64,000 bases of DNA from a virus (lineage: Duplodnaviria; Heunggongvirae; Uroviricota; Caudoviricetes), in the IMG/VR virus record IMGVR_UViG_3300018065_000012. The stretch is one strand, 5' to 3'. Positions 35,498-44,996 of this stretch are shown here, piece after piece; positions within the stretch are counted from its first letter, which is position 1; every line of letters begins with the position of its first letter. The notes under the pieces are model-generated. The model had not been told where the DNA came from. It saw nothing but the letters and a program-made list of their open reading frames with translations, and did not search any database. The position numbers and the translations under genes were made by a program.

Positions 35498-35779
35498 ATG
35501 AACGACATTGAGCGTGGATTGATTGGTTCTCCAATTCAAGGCAGTCGTTGGCTTCGCGCATTTTGTTGTGCTTGCGGCGAGCCAATGCGCGTTCCAAAGT
35601 GCAAATGTGAGTACGGGGATATTGATATACATGAAGATTCCTGCGAGTATTTGAACAAGCATTGTGGAAGGTGTTTAGCGAATCTGAGTCCGGGACAAAA
35701 TTACAGTGTTAGGTATTGTTGGAAAACGGAAGACAGCCCTTGGCAGCAGAATGCAGTCAAGATACTGGAAGATGGATAG
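35498..35779 (+). CDS. Cys-rich hypothetical protein
   Basis: CCACG..CGRC. Confidence 0.6.
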   Translation: MNDIERGLIGSPIQGSRWLRAFCCACGEPMRVPKCKCEYGDIDIHEDSCEYLNKHCGRCLANLSPGQNYSVRYCWKTEDSPWQQNAVKILEDG

Positions 35780-35796
35780 TGAAGGAGAATGAAAGA

Positions 35797-36018
35797 ATGG
35801 TTTACACGTTCAAAGATGGTCAATTTCGATTCTACACTGCTCTTTACGGCAGTTGGAATCATGACCGGCGTATCGTTTTTCGAGTCCGAACTGACACAAC
35901 GCCCAAAAAGAGGGCTTGTGAAAAGAGTATCAAATATTACGACAGGCTTGTTCCTTCGAGCATGCAGGAAATTTCCGCGTGGCTCAGGGGACATTTGGAA
36001 TTCGCAATGAAAGGATGA
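35797..36018 (+). CDS. Hypothetical protein
   Basis: AAGGAG RBS 9 nt upstream. Confidence 0.55.
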   Translation: MVYTFKDGQFRFYTALYGSWNHDRRIVFRVRTDTTPKKRACEKSIKYYDRLVPSSMQEISAWLRGHLEFAMKG

Positions 36019-36021
36019 GCG

Positions 36022-36519
36022 ATGAAAGAACACAGCGTACGCAAGGTTGGAACGTTTGAAATTGGTTCTGGCGAGGTTGTTGTTTCTGACCCGTGCTACA
36101 GTTTGGGCACATGGTGTCAGGGTCAAGTCCATGCCAAAAACGGCAATTGGATTGGCTCTGTCGTGATGTCAGACGAAGACGACTGGGGCATTCGGGTTGG
36201 CAAGCTGATCGCCAAACACGAAGACCACCAGAACGTTGAATTCAGTGACAATCCGTCCAACATCGATGCGGGTGTCGACAGCGGTCAGATGTCGATTTTT
36301 GACTTTGACCACTACAACTTGGGCGATGAGGACGAGGACAGCGGTGAGTTCGGCAGAGGGGACTGGTACGATTTGGTTTGCAGAAAGACATTGAAGGACC
36401 AGTTCGGCGTTTTGCCGGGAGGCGTTGTTTCATCCAGCGGAGTTGGCGATGGCAGCTATCCGGTTTTCATCGAATACGAGGGCGAGAAAGCAGTGGCCAT
36501 CAAGGTCGAGTTCCTTTAA
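36022..36519 (+). CDS. DUF4241-like protein
   Basis: SGEVVVSDPCY, VDSGQ, SSGVGDGSYPV motifs. Confidence 0.7.
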   Translation: MKEHSVRKVGTFEIGSGEVVVSDPCYSLGTWCQGQVHAKNGNWIGSVVMSDEDDWGIRVGKLIAKHEDHQNVEFSDNPSNIDAGVDSGQMSIFDFDHYNLGDEDEDSGEFGRGDWYDLVCRKTLKDQFGVLPGGVVSSSGVGDGSYPVFIEYEGEKAVAIKVEFL

Positions 36520-36531
36520 GGAGAGTCTACT

Positions 36532-36726
36532 ATGACAATGAAAGCATTCAAGCGCATCGGGGCTGAGTATGTTGAAACTCCTTTGGAGGAAGGCACCAAG
36601 ATACGGATTGGCGACATCACGGTTTTTGAGCGCAATGGCGAGGTCATTGTGCATTCGGAAAACGGCTACTTAGTAATTGAGCCGCAATGCACTAATCAGG
36701 TCATTGTGACTTCAAAGGAAGAATAA
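36532..36726 (+). CDS. Hypothetical protein
   Basis: AAGGAG RBS. Confidence 0.65.
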   Translation: MTMKAFKRIGAEYVETPLEEGTKIRIGDITVFERNGEVIVHSENGYLVIEPQCTNQVIVTSKEE

Positions 36727-36826
36727 ATGACCATCTGGGCGAAATTCAAAGTGTTCATGAAGCGCGTCAGGTTGCGTTGGGCGGCTGGAGACGAGTTGGC
36801 CAAGCGCAAGAAGGGATTCGACAGCT

Positions 36827-37162
36827 ATGCGTAATTTATGGACATGGATACGTTTGCTTTGGTTTTTCTTTTGGTTCAAAGTGACCATTTGGAAGATGTC
36901 GCTAATGAAGACGCGTATCTACATGTTCTATTTTGGAATAAAAGCTCATATCAAATTCGCATGGCATCATTGGGCTAACGTTGCTATTCTGGTTTGGTCA
37001 GGGCATCCGTTTTTGAGAGCGTGTAGGCTATCATTGGATGAAATCAGCGAAGGCACAAAAAGAAAGGAAGCGGAAACTGAAGAAAAACAAAAACAACTTA
37101 TCAAGATGTGGGAAGAGATCGGACAGAGAAAAGAGGATAATGAAAGGATGAAAGGAAAATGA
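36827..37162 (+). CDS. Hypothetical (possibly membrane) protein
   Basis: Aromatic/hydrophobic N-terminus. Confidence 0.55.
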   Translation: MRNLWTWIRLLWFFFWFKVTIWKMSLMKTRIYMFYFGIKAHIKFAWHHWANVAILVWSGHPFLRACRLSLDEISEGTKRKEAETEEKQKQLIKMWEEIGQRKEDNERMKGK

Positions 37163-37419
37163 CCAATGAGCAAATCAAAGAACAGATGGTCCAAGCAGTC
37201 AAAGTCCGAGCTATGGGAGGGAAGCTCGAATTTGAACGTGAGTATGCTGACAATTACTATGGTGTCAGTGTCGGTAGTGATGGAAACGTTTCCGGCACTG
37301 CCTACGCAAAAGAAGTTGTCCCAAATAAGGTCGAATTCCTGAGCATGGTTGACCTTGCTTACTTGTTAGAGCAGGGAAAATATATACCGTTCACTTTGGA
37401 CAAGGAGAAGGAAGAATGA
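37159..37419 (+). CDS. Hypothetical protein
   Basis: TGAAAGGA RBS, coupled. Confidence 0.65.
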   Translation: MTNEQIKEQMVQAVKVRAMGGKLEFEREYADNYYGVSVGSDGNVSGTAYAKEVVPNKVEFLSMVDLAYLLEQGKYIPFTLDKEKEE

Positions 37420-37886
37420 AAGAAATTGTCGTAATGGCAAAACTGGTTGCCAAGTCAATGCTTGTGCTGACGCGCAAGGTGGCAAAGCTGGAAAAGGTTG
37501 TCGCCAAGCTGAAGGCCAAGAAGGGAAAACCGGGGCGCAAGCCCAAAGCGGTTGCTAAGAAGAAGGCAACCAAGAAGAAAGTGGCCACGAAAAAGAAGGG
37601 TAAACCGGGCAGGCCCAAGGGCAGCGGCAAAAAGCCCAAGGCCAAAAAGAAAACGGTCACGAAGAAAAAGGCAAAGCCCGGACGCCCGAAAAAGGCAAAG
37701 CCCGGACCCAAACCCGGCAAGAAGGCTGTTAAAAAGCGCGGACCCAAGCCCAAGAAGAAGGGTGGCCGTCCGAAGGGCAGCAAAAACAAGCCCAAGAAGG
37801 AACCCGCTGCGCCAGCGTCAGCTCCGGAAAAACCGGCTGGAGAAAAAGCTCCTCTGCCGCCTGTGGATATTTCCGACGAGCAGTAG
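37416..37886 (+). CDS. Histone H1-like / AT-hook-like basic DNA-binding protein
   Basis: Repeated KPGRPK, GRPK and KKK motifs. Confidence 0.7.
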   Translation: MKEIVVMAKLVAKSMLVLTRKVAKLEKVVAKLKAKKGKPGRKPKAVAKKKATKKKVATKKKGKPGRPKGSGKKPKAKKKTVTKKKAKPGRPKKAKPGPKPGKKAVKKRGPKPKKKGGRPKGSKNKPKKEPAAPASAPEKPAGEKAPLPPVDISDEQ

Positions 37887-37956
37887 CAGTTGGAACGGTG
37901 CCGTGGTGGGTTGAAATACATCTGCCACGGCATTTTTATCAAAGGAGGATGAAAGC

Positions 37957-38745
37957 ATGGTTGAGACTTACACAAGAAGGCGAGTGATCATCGACAGAAT
38001 TGAAACTGAAACGCACAAGGGCGTGATGGCCGTACGCTATCGGCCAGCCAACAGTGGGAAAAAGGACGTTCCTTCTCACTTCATCAGCGTCAAGGACTTC
38101 AAAGCGTTCTGGAAAACGCATCCCAAGTGGAATATGGTCAACGTTATTCGAAACATCAAGCCGATTTATCATTATTACGGTGGCGTTTGGAACGCATTGC
38201 TCAAAGCGTTGGCTTCGGGCACGGAAGATATGTTCAAAGTCATGGAAAAAGCGGTGAGATACAACGCTTTGGGTTTTGTCGCTTCAAAAGGCTTTGACAA
38301 AACCAAGCTTTTGCGCTTTGAAAACAGTTCACACACGTTTTATCCGTTTGAAAAAGATATGCCAATGTCGATGCCTTACCATTTTGGCTATATTGGCGGC
38401 ATTAGCAACACTGATTTCGATTTGGATATGGTGGAAAAGATACTACGCAAGAATAAAACCGTGTCCAACGTCAAGCGCATTGAGATTCCGTACTACAACG
38501 CGCATGATGACCACACTCACGCGGTGGAATTCAGCGTTCAATTGCCGCAGAAAGATCACGACAAGCTTGTCCGATATTGGCGTGATAAACGCAAGGCTGA
38601 TTATTGGGAGGGTCGGTTGAAAGAAGGGTTGGTGCATTACTGGCATTGGAATTCAGTGAGGAATCATAAGCGCAAAATCATCTGTCGCGGTGCGCCTGAC
38701 CTGTTGGGACTCAAGAAGGCTTTGAAAAAGGACAAGAAATCATGA
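37957..38745 (+). CDS. Hypothetical protein
   Basis: 262 aa; AAAGGAGG upstream. Confidence 0.75.
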   Translation: MVETYTRRRVIIDRIETETHKGVMAVRYRPANSGKKDVPSHFISVKDFKAFWKTHPKWNMVNVIRNIKPIYHYYGGVWNALLKALASGTEDMFKVMEKAVRYNALGFVASKGFDKTKLLRFENSSHTFYPFEKDMPMSMPYHFGYIGGISNTDFDLDMVEKILRKNKTVSNVKRIEIPYYNAHDDHTHAVEFSVQLPQKDHDKLVRYWRDKRKADYWEGRLKEGLVHYWHWNSVRNHKRKIICRGAPDLLGLKKALKKDKKS

Positions 38746-39167
38746 AAATTCCATTGATGTGCAGTTTGTTTGGTCACAAAATGGTACCTCAACGCGGCAA
38801 CATGGTAGTTTGCGAACGGTGCGACCATCCTGCTGAATGGTCGCCAGAGGTCGTTTGTCGGAAGTTTGGGCACAAGTTCAACGATGACGGCATTTGCGAG
38901 CGGTGCAAGGAAAGGCTCACACCAAAGAATTGTCGCAGTCACAACTTTGTCGTATGTGGGATAACGCGTCTTGAGAGAGGCAGCATTCTTCACGATGAGT
39001 CGCGTCCCATCGCCATTCGGCATTACCGCTGTAAGTGCGGTACCACGAAGTCCGACGACCCTGTTCGCGAAGCCCTTGAAGGCTCGTGGTGGTTTAAGGA
39101 TGGAAAATTGATGTCCGATAGTGAGATTCGGGCGCAAGGCTATACCATAACCCGCCGAGATGGTTAA
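38742..39167 (+). CDS. Cys/His-rich repeat protein (CxxxGHK motifs, DUF1660-like)
   Basis: CSLFGHK..CERC, CRKFGHK..CERC, CRSH. Confidence 0.6.
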   Translation: MKIPLMCSLFGHKMVPQRGNMVVCERCDHPAEWSPEVVCRKFGHKFNDDGICERCKERLTPKNCRSHNFVVCGITRLERGSILHDESRPIAIRHYRCKCGTTKSDDPVREALEGSWWFKDGKLMSDSEIRAQGYTITRRDG

Positions 39168-39221
39168 AACCAACCGAAGGCTCGTTTTTCGAGTGGCCAA
39201 AAAAACTTAGAAAAATACCAA

Positions 39222-39257
39222 GAAAGTTCACGGCAAGTGGGCTTGCATGCGGTTAAG
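39222..39257 (+). promoter_or_regulatory. Bipartite 36-bp motif, copy 2
   Basis: GAAAGTTCACGGCAAGTGGGCTTGCATGCGGTTAAG. Confidence 0.75.
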
Positions 39258-39279
39258 TCTTTCGAAAGGAGGGCTGAAC

Positions 39280-39630
39280 GATGAAGCTCATTTTTGCTTT
39301 TCTCTGTGTTCTGGTTGGGTACGAAAAGCCTCGCACAGCGCCGATTCGTTTGGCCCATGCGACGCGAAGAGCGCGATGAATATAAATCCTATAGAATCTA
39401 ATGAGGAGGGCACTGCCAATGGGCTAACATGACCCCAGAACCCAACCGCACGGGGAACGTTTTCCCGTGCGGACCCAGTTCCAGCGTGACAAAACCTTGT
39501 TGAAAGGAAGCGAGGTGTTTGATATGAAGCTTGGGTGGTTAAAGCCACTCTGGTGTTCCACTTGTTGGAGTAGCCGGAAGAATAGACCCCGTCACTCGCG
39601 ACAAAGTGGACATCCAAAGTCGCTTTGACT
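39280..39630 (+). ncRNA. Candidate structured leader/ncRNA
   Basis: About 350 nt with no credible ORF; strong hairpin at 39446-39472 (CCGCACGGG/CCCGTGCGG). Confidence 0.3.
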
Positions 39631-39649
39631 TAAAATGAAAGGATGTAAA

Positions 39650-40537
39650 ATGAGCCATCCCTTGTACATGGGTTGCGATGGACACATCAGCCCAGATGAA
39701 CTTGACGTATACGAGAAAACCGGCAAGTACGTTGCTGAACCAAAGCGCGACGGCAACTGGGGCATCGTCAAGGCAGTTGATCGTGAACAGCGCATTTGGG
39801 GCCGCAGTGGTTTGCCTCAAGCCGTTGAATTTCCGCAACTGCCCGCTGGAACGGTCATCGTTGGCGAGCTTGGGATTGGGCAGCAAGCAGCGCTGGAACG
39901 TCAGAAATCCATCGGGCATGAGTTCATGGATGTGTACGACATCCTGCGGATTGATTACAAAGACATCACTGAGCACGATGATCCTGTGCGACGCAACTTC
40001 TTGAAATCGGCTTATGACAGTTGGAGTGACGAGGCCAAAGAATGGTTTCTGCTCAATCCACGCTGGAACAGCAATTTCAGGTTCCGTTACGGGCGCGAGG
40101 ATGAAGGGCTGGTTCTGAAACTTGTAAAAGGTATGCCCACGCCATACAAAGGCGGGACGCGTAGTCCGTACTGGATCAAGTGCAAGCGCGAAATGACCGT
40201 GGATATGATCGTCATGGGTTGGCAGGAAACTGGCGCGGTGACCTTCAAGAAAAAGGGCTTGCGAGCCGCCAAGTACATTTTGTGCGGCGTTCTCAAAGAT
40301 GGCAAGCTTGTGAGCATGGTCAAGGTTGGAAGCATGCCGCATCAACTCAAGATTGACATTGCGGCTGACTTCAAGAAATACAAATGGAAGGTTGCTGAGA
40401 TCAAATGCAACAAGGTTTTCAAAAGCGGGAGTTTGCGACATCCCAGCTTTGTGCGGTTTAGAACGGACAAGAAGACAGACGATTGCACTTGGGAAAGTCT
40501 GTTGCCCTTGATAAACGTCGGAAAGGGGAAAAACTAA
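39650..40537 (+). CDS. lig: ATP-dependent DNA ligase
   Basis: EPKRDG (KxDG motif I), VGEL, YDIL, EGLVLK, WIKCK, C-terminal OB domain ..SLRHPSFVRFRTDK. Confidence 0.9.
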   Translation: MSHPLYMGCDGHISPDELDVYEKTGKYVAEPKRDGNWGIVKAVDREQRIWGRSGLPQAVEFPQLPAGTVIVGELGIGQQAALERQKSIGHEFMDVYDILRIDYKDITEHDDPVRRNFLKSAYDSWSDEAKEWFLLNPRWNSNFRFRYGREDEGLVLKLVKGMPTPYKGGTRSPYWIKCKREMTVDMIVMGWQETGAVTFKKKGLRAAKYILCGVLKDGKLVSMVKVGSMPHQLKIDIAADFKKYKWKVAEIKCNKVFKSGSLRHPSFVRFRTDKKTDDCTWESLLPLINVGKGKN

Positions 40538-40878
40538 TGAAGAAAATGGACGCAAACGAAATCAAAGCGGTGCTGGACACGTGCGCTCAGAATGCCGTTC
40601 ACGGCGTTGGGAGCTACGTGCATTTCATGTACCATCGCATTCCGGGCCGCGTGGCTTCTGCCAAGGCGATTGAGGAAGCCAAACGCGCAGATGACCTCGG
40701 GATTGAGAAGACCCGCTACACGGGACAGGTCGAGCGCATTTGGAAGTCCAAAGCTGGGGATTTGATCCTCACGCTGCTGGTCACGTTGGAACGGGCTGAC
40801 GAAAACGGTAAGCCCGTGTATCGCGCCTTCAACATCGACAAGGGCGAACTCGTGCTCATCACCAAAATGCAAAGGTAG
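40537..40878 (+). CDS. Hypothetical protein
   Basis: TAATG coupling. Confidence 0.7.
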   Translation: MKKMDANEIKAVLDTCAQNAVHGVGSYVHFMYHRIPGRVASAKAIEEAKRADDLGIEKTRYTGQVERIWKSKAGDLILTLLVTLERADENGKPVYRAFNIDKGELVLITKMQR

Positions 40879-40886
40879 GGTGGATT

Positions 40887-41270
40887 ATGGAACGAGAGAA
40901 AGTGAGAGCATTGCGTGAAGCAATGGAAGCCGCGCTCAAAAGCGTTGAGAAGGAATTCAGTGTCGTTATCGAATTCGGCACGGCACGCTTCAACGAACAA
41001 AACGCACGCTTCAAACTTGAGGTGTCCGACGTCGTTGGCGGCAAAGCGCTGACCAAGCAGGTGGTTGATTGGAACAATCTGTACAAGTCATACGGATTCA
41101 AGAAAAAGGACTTGGGTCGGCCTTTCAAGTTCCAAGGCCGCATCTACAAGATCACGGGACTTTTGCCGCGTAGTCGAAAGTTCTCAGTCGCGGCTGAGCG
41201 TCAATCGGACGGCAAACCGTACAAGTTCAACCATGAGGACGTTCTGATGTTCCTGAAGGCAAATGCCTAA
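40887..41270 (+). CDS. Hypothetical protein
   Basis: 127 aa. Confidence 0.7.
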   Translation: MEREKVRALREAMEAALKSVEKEFSVVIEFGTARFNEQNARFKLEVSDVVGGKALTKQVVDWNNLYKSYGFKKKDLGRPFKFQGRIYKITGLLPRSRKFSVAAERQSDGKPYKFNHEDVLMFLKANA

Positions 41271-41288
41271 TGAAAGGAAAATGAAATT

Positions 41289-41594
41289 ATGGCACGTTGG
41301 CGCAGAAAAACCAATCTGGACAAAATTAAACTCACAGAAAACGTAGGTTTGTTCGGCTTAATGCCCTTGAATGTTTACGGAAATAAGTATCCCTATGTTT
41401 GCGAAATCTGTGGGAAAATAGTTCAAGGTCATCTTACCTGCAATCATAGTGAGGATAGAGAAAAGCGGTCAGAACGGGGGATAAAAGCGGCAGAGACGAG
41501 GGATGATCGGTATGGGTTTTCTGGCCCAATTAAAAGGCCATATGCAGAACGGCTTAAGGAAGGGTTTCAGCTTTTGCAGATGAGACACAACTAA
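41289..41594 (+). CDS. Hypothetical zinc-finger protein, YxERLxxGFQ family
   Basis: YVCEICGKIV..C.H..YGFSG..YAERLKEGFQ. Confidence 0.7.
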   Translation: MARWRRKTNLDKIKLTENVGLFGLMPLNVYGNKYPYVCEICGKIVQGHLTCNHSEDREKRSERGIKAAETRDDRYGFSGPIKRPYAERLKEGFQLLQMRHN

Positions 41595-41608
41595 TGAAAG
41601 GATGAACC

Positions 41609-42502
41609 ATGAGCGACATACGTATCAAGGTTGCCGATGCGCTTTACGAACTCGCCAGCCTGTCTGGTCTGGCCGGTGAAAGCCCATACAAAACACGGTC
41701 ATACGCCACGGCAGCGTCAACAATCAAGCAGTGTCCGGGCGTCGATTTGCACAACCCCAAATCAATTGATGGCGTCGGCGACAGTATTGCGAAGAAAATC
41801 AAGCAGATTGTCGAAACCGGAACGTGCCCAAAGCTTGAGGAACTGCGTGATCGGTTTTTCCATCTGCTTGAGCTGATGAAGATTCCCGGCATTGGCCCGA
41901 AAACGGCGCTTAAGCTTTATGAAGTTCATGGCGTCACGAATGCCAAGCAGGTTGATGGGTTGATCAAGACAGGGTACGGTATGCCCAAGTCCATCCGCGA
42001 AGGCGTTCAGGCGGTTTTGAGCGGTCACGATAAGCGGATCACGTTCAACGAGGCTGACAAGATTGCCGCGCCAATGGTCCGTAAGATTGAAAAATGCAAG
42101 CACGTTGGCCGCGTGGTAGTCTGTGGAAGTTACCGACGTTACAAGGAAACAATCGGCGACATCGATATTGTCGTTGAGACGACAAAACCGGGAAAAGTAA
42201 TCGCCCATTGCAGTATGCTGCTGGATACGGTTCTGGTTGACGGTATGAAGAAAGTCAGCGGCATTAAAAACGGCGTACAGGTTGACTTCAGGTTTATTGC
42301 GCCGGAAAGCTTTGGCGCTTGTGTTTTGTACTTTACCGGCAGCAAAGATCACAATATCAAGATGCGCCAGATGGCAAAGGATCAAGGCTTCAAACTCAAT
42401 GAGTACGGGCTATACAAAGGCACTGACGCCATTGCTGGCCGCACTGAAAAGGATGTTTTCGATGCGCTGGGCATGGGCTATGTTGAGCCGGAGGATAGAT
42501 GA
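41609..42502 (+). CDS. polX: DNA polymerase X family protein lacking the PHP domain
   Basis: GVGDSIAKKI and IPGIGPKTA HhH motifs; GSYRR..IGDIDI; FTGSKDHN..LNEYGL. Confidence 0.92.
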   Translation: MSDIRIKVADALYELASLSGLAGESPYKTRSYATAASTIKQCPGVDLHNPKSIDGVGDSIAKKIKQIVETGTCPKLEELRDRFFHLLELMKIPGIGPKTALKLYEVHGVTNAKQVDGLIKTGYGMPKSIREGVQAVLSGHDKRITFNEADKIAAPMVRKIEKCKHVGRVVVCGSYRRYKETIGDIDIVVETTKPGKVIAHCSMLLDTVLVDGMKKVSGIKNGVQVDFRFIAPESFGACVLYFTGSKDHNIKMRQMAKDQGFKLNEYGLYKGTDAIAGRTEKDVFDALGMGYVEPEDR

Positions 42503-43080
42503 TGGGAGCTAAAACTTGTCCCCAATGCAAGCATCGATTCTCAGCGAAATATTTCTGCACAAAGTGCGGATGCTTTGTTGATGCTCACGACATACCGTAT
42601 TCATGGAAGCAGCTTGAGCGCAAAGCGAAAGTGATTTTGTCACGGGTCAACTTTGAGACAACAGAACTCATTTCCAAAGAAGATGCTGTGATTGAGCTTA
42701 TTATTGCCGCCAAAAGTATGGACGGTAAAGAATACAAACACTACAAGAAGGGAATGCAATACACCGTAATGAGAAACACGGCACTTTACATCATGGAACG
42801 AAGCCAGTCTGATAAAGTTGTTATTGACGAGCATCAGCGACGATTGGACTTACACCATGATGTCATTGCCCAACGAGAAAAGACAGGCGCGAAAGTTCAC
42901 GACACGTTGTGTGAACTGAGAAAAGAAGAGCAGGATATACTGCGAATGTCTTTTGATTTTGATCATCAGGGCAAATCTCTTTTTAAGCGTTGTGAAAGAG
43001 ATCGGAACAAATACAAACCAATGCAAGAAAAGAGAAAACTTGCGCTTGAAGCATTCAAGGAGAAGTTCAATGAAGTGTAG
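42499..43080 (+). CDS. Hypothetical protein with an N-terminal zinc ribbon
   Basis: CPQC..CTKCG. Confidence 0.65.
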   Translation: MMGAKTCPQCKHRFSAKYFCTKCGCFVDAHDIPYSWKQLERKAKVILSRVNFETTELISKEDAVIELIIAAKSMDGKEYKHYKKGMQYTVMRNTALYIMERSQSDKVVIDEHQRRLDLHHDVIAQREKTGAKVHDTLCELRKEEQDILRMSFDFDHQGKSLFKRCERDRNKYKPMQEKRKLALEAFKEKFNEV

Positions 43081-43091
43081 TTGATGGAATA

Positions 43092-43317
43092 AGCCACCCG
43101 AACGTCTGCTGATCCGGCTGAGCTGTTGGCAAATTAAATTTGGTTAGTGATGTTAAAATTTAGTTTGTTGATGGTAAAAAGTTGAAAATTGGTTGGTATG
43201 GATGAAATGCGCCCGTCTGATCAGCGGGGCAAATAAGGAAACTGCCAGCAGCCATGTTCCAGTGTTCAAACCGCTTGCCATGGAACCAACGGTGAAGGGG
43301 AGGCAAGTGGGGTGGCT
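43092..43317 (+). ncRNA. Candidate structured ncRNA with crossing helices and a 79-nt C-free loop
   Basis: Five complementary pairs read by eye (see findings). Confidence 0.5.
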
Positions 43318-43344
43318 AATACTTAACACAAAAGGAAGTGCATC

Positions 43345-43593
43345 ATGAACCTCAAAGAAGAGAAGAGAGAAAACATTTTGGCAGTGCTCATGGACTATTA
43401 CGGTTTGCCGGAGAATGCGTCAAATGAGCAGGTTGGAATCGCGCTCATTGATGTACTCTGTGAAGTGAGGCTCACTGCCGATGTCGTAGCAGAATTCGAT
43501 TTTGAAGAACTGCTCGAAAAGTCCGCCAATGCGGTACACGCGATTGATGGTACCAAGGAGGAAAACGATGGCGCTCAAACTCAAGAAGGGTGA
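43345..43593 (+). CDS. Hypothetical protein
   Basis: AAAAGGAAG RBS. Confidence 0.65.
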   Translation: MNLKEEKRENILAVLMDYYGLPENASNEQVGIALIDVLCEVRLTADVVAEFDFEELLEKSANAVHAIDGTKEENDGAQTQEG

Positions 43594-44062
43594 CCGCGTT
43601 GAATTTATCAGCGGGCGCGGACTTAAGTATGGTGTCGTGTTCAAGGGCGGCGCAAAGAATATCAAAGTCATTCTGGATGGTGGCCGCGTTCAAGTCAGGG
43701 GAGACGTTTCAGCATTCGACAAAAGCGACCATCCCTTGCCGAAAGACAGCGACAACGTAATGGACAGATGGGCGGTTGTCGGCTACAAAGAGCTTGCTGA
43801 TCCATGGGGCGACGGCCCAGCATTCTCCGCTGCAATTACGTTGAACGGCAAGAAGGTAATCGTCGTGAACAATAATGGCACTGGTGGGCCGAATATGTAC
43901 CACGCCAAATCGAAGCATCTCGTTGATATGTTGAAGAAAGACGCAGAGAAATGGCATAAGCTTTTCAGCAAACATGAAGCTGTTGAGCCAGAAGACCTTT
44001 GGGTGGAATGGTTTGTCCTAAATCGCCCATACGGAGTTTTGGCAAAGGAGTATCTCAAATGA
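43568..44062 (+). CDS. Hypothetical protein with an SH3/KOW-like N-terminus
   Basis: LKKGDRVEF..YGVV..IKVILDGG. Confidence 0.65.
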   Translation: MALKLKKGDRVEFISGRGLKYGVVFKGGAKNIKVILDGGRVQVRGDVSAFDKSDHPLPKDSDNVMDRWAVVGYKELADPWGDGPAFSAAITLNGKKVIVVNNNGTGGPNMYHAKSKHLVDMLKKDAEKWHKLFSKHEAVEPEDLWVEWFVLNRPYGVLAKEYLK

Positions 44063-44307
44063 GTAAGAACATCCCAGCGTTCCTGAAGCAGATAACAGCA
44101 ATGACCGATAAGTTTATGGAGCAACTCGAAGAAAACGAGAAATTGGATACAGGGTTGCTTCGGCTTATTGGCGACCGATTTCACAAGCTGGCCGATTCCA
44201 TTGATGAAACAAACACGCCTGAAGGAAAACTCCCACCGCTCGAATTACCCGCCGACATCCTGACGCTGATGAAGCTGATGGGCAAATTTTCTGAAGATAA
44301 ATCATAA
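44059..44307 (+). CDS. Hypothetical protein
   Basis: AAGGAG RBS, coupled. Confidence 0.65.
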   Translation: MSKNIPAFLKQITAMTDKFMEQLEENEKLDTGLLRLIGDRFHKLADSIDETNTPEGKLPPLELPADILTLMKLMGKFSEDKS

Positions 44308-44323
44308 AATCCATGCCTCTTCG

Positions 44324-44332
44324 TTGTATAAT
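44324..44332 (+). promoter_or_regulatory. TTGTATAAT -10-like element; downstream gene may be nearly leaderless
   Basis: 6 nt before ATG 44339. Confidence 0.45.
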
Positions 44333-44338
44333 AAACCA

Positions 44339-44737
44339 ATGAAAATCATGCTTTTCTTCGCGTTGCTACTTCTCGCAGGAGGCGCATCGCGTAAACCACT
44401 AAGTTGGGGCGAGCGAATTGAGGTCAATTCTACCGGCTATTGCCCTTGCAAAATCTGTTGTGGGAAACATGCCGACGGCTTGACCGCAATCAATCGTGAC
44501 GCATACAAAGCTGGCGTAGCGGTTGACCCCGAATTGATTCCGCTCCGTTCTCATTTGGATATACCGGGCTACACTCGCGGCCCAAACGAGAACGGTTCGT
44601 GGATATATGCGGACGATACCGGCAAGGATGTGAAGGGATACAGGGTTGACGTCCGTTTTGAAACGCATGACGAGGCGGTTGACTGGGGAAGGAAAACCAT
44701 CACCGTGCGAGTCTGGCCGAAAGGAAAGAAACCATGA
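44339..44737 (+). CDS. 3D-domain (MltA-type) peptidoglycan hydrolase-like protein with a signal peptide
   Basis: TGYCPC..GLTA..GVAVDP..IPL..ADDTG..KGYRVDV..A..WG. Confidence 0.85.
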   Translation: MKIMLFFALLLLAGGASRKPLSWGERIEVNSTGYCPCKICCGKHADGLTAINRDAYKAGVAVDPELIPLRSHLDIPGYTRGPNENGSWIYADDTGKDVKGYRVDVRFETHDEAVDWGRKTITVRVWPKGKKP

Positions 44738-44985
44738 AGACCGAGCTGGCCCTGTTTATCGTGGAGTATCCCGACGGGACCGTAGCGGTACAGGCGTATA
44801 AGGAGAACGAGGTAGCCGATGACCTATTCGCCAACTGTCAAAAGGCCGAGAAAACGACCGAAGAGCTTCGAATGACGCTGATAAACGTGAATTACGGCCC
44901 AATCTCGGGCGACCCCCAAAGCTTACCAGTCGAAGCCACCGCTCGGGCGAAAATAATCAACCGAAAGACACCCAAAAAAACTTAG
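44734..44985 (+). CDS. Hypothetical protein
   Basis: Coupled ORF. Confidence 0.6.
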   Translation: MKTELALFIVEYPDGTVAVQAYKENEVADDLFANCQKAEKTTEELRMTLINVNYGPISGDPQSLPVEATARAKIINRKTPKKT

Positions 44986-44996
44986 GAAAATACCAA

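Noticed and set aside
39222-39257. Sigma54 promoter reading of the bipartite motif (GGCA..TTGC)
   Set aside because: GG-to-GC spacing is 11 rather than 10, and TTGC is absent in copies 1, 5 and 6
39280-43320. tRNA, tmRNA, RNase P RNA or group I/II intron in the structured gaps
   Set aside because: No cloverleaf, T-loop, CCA end, RNase P core or intron domain V signature was recognisable
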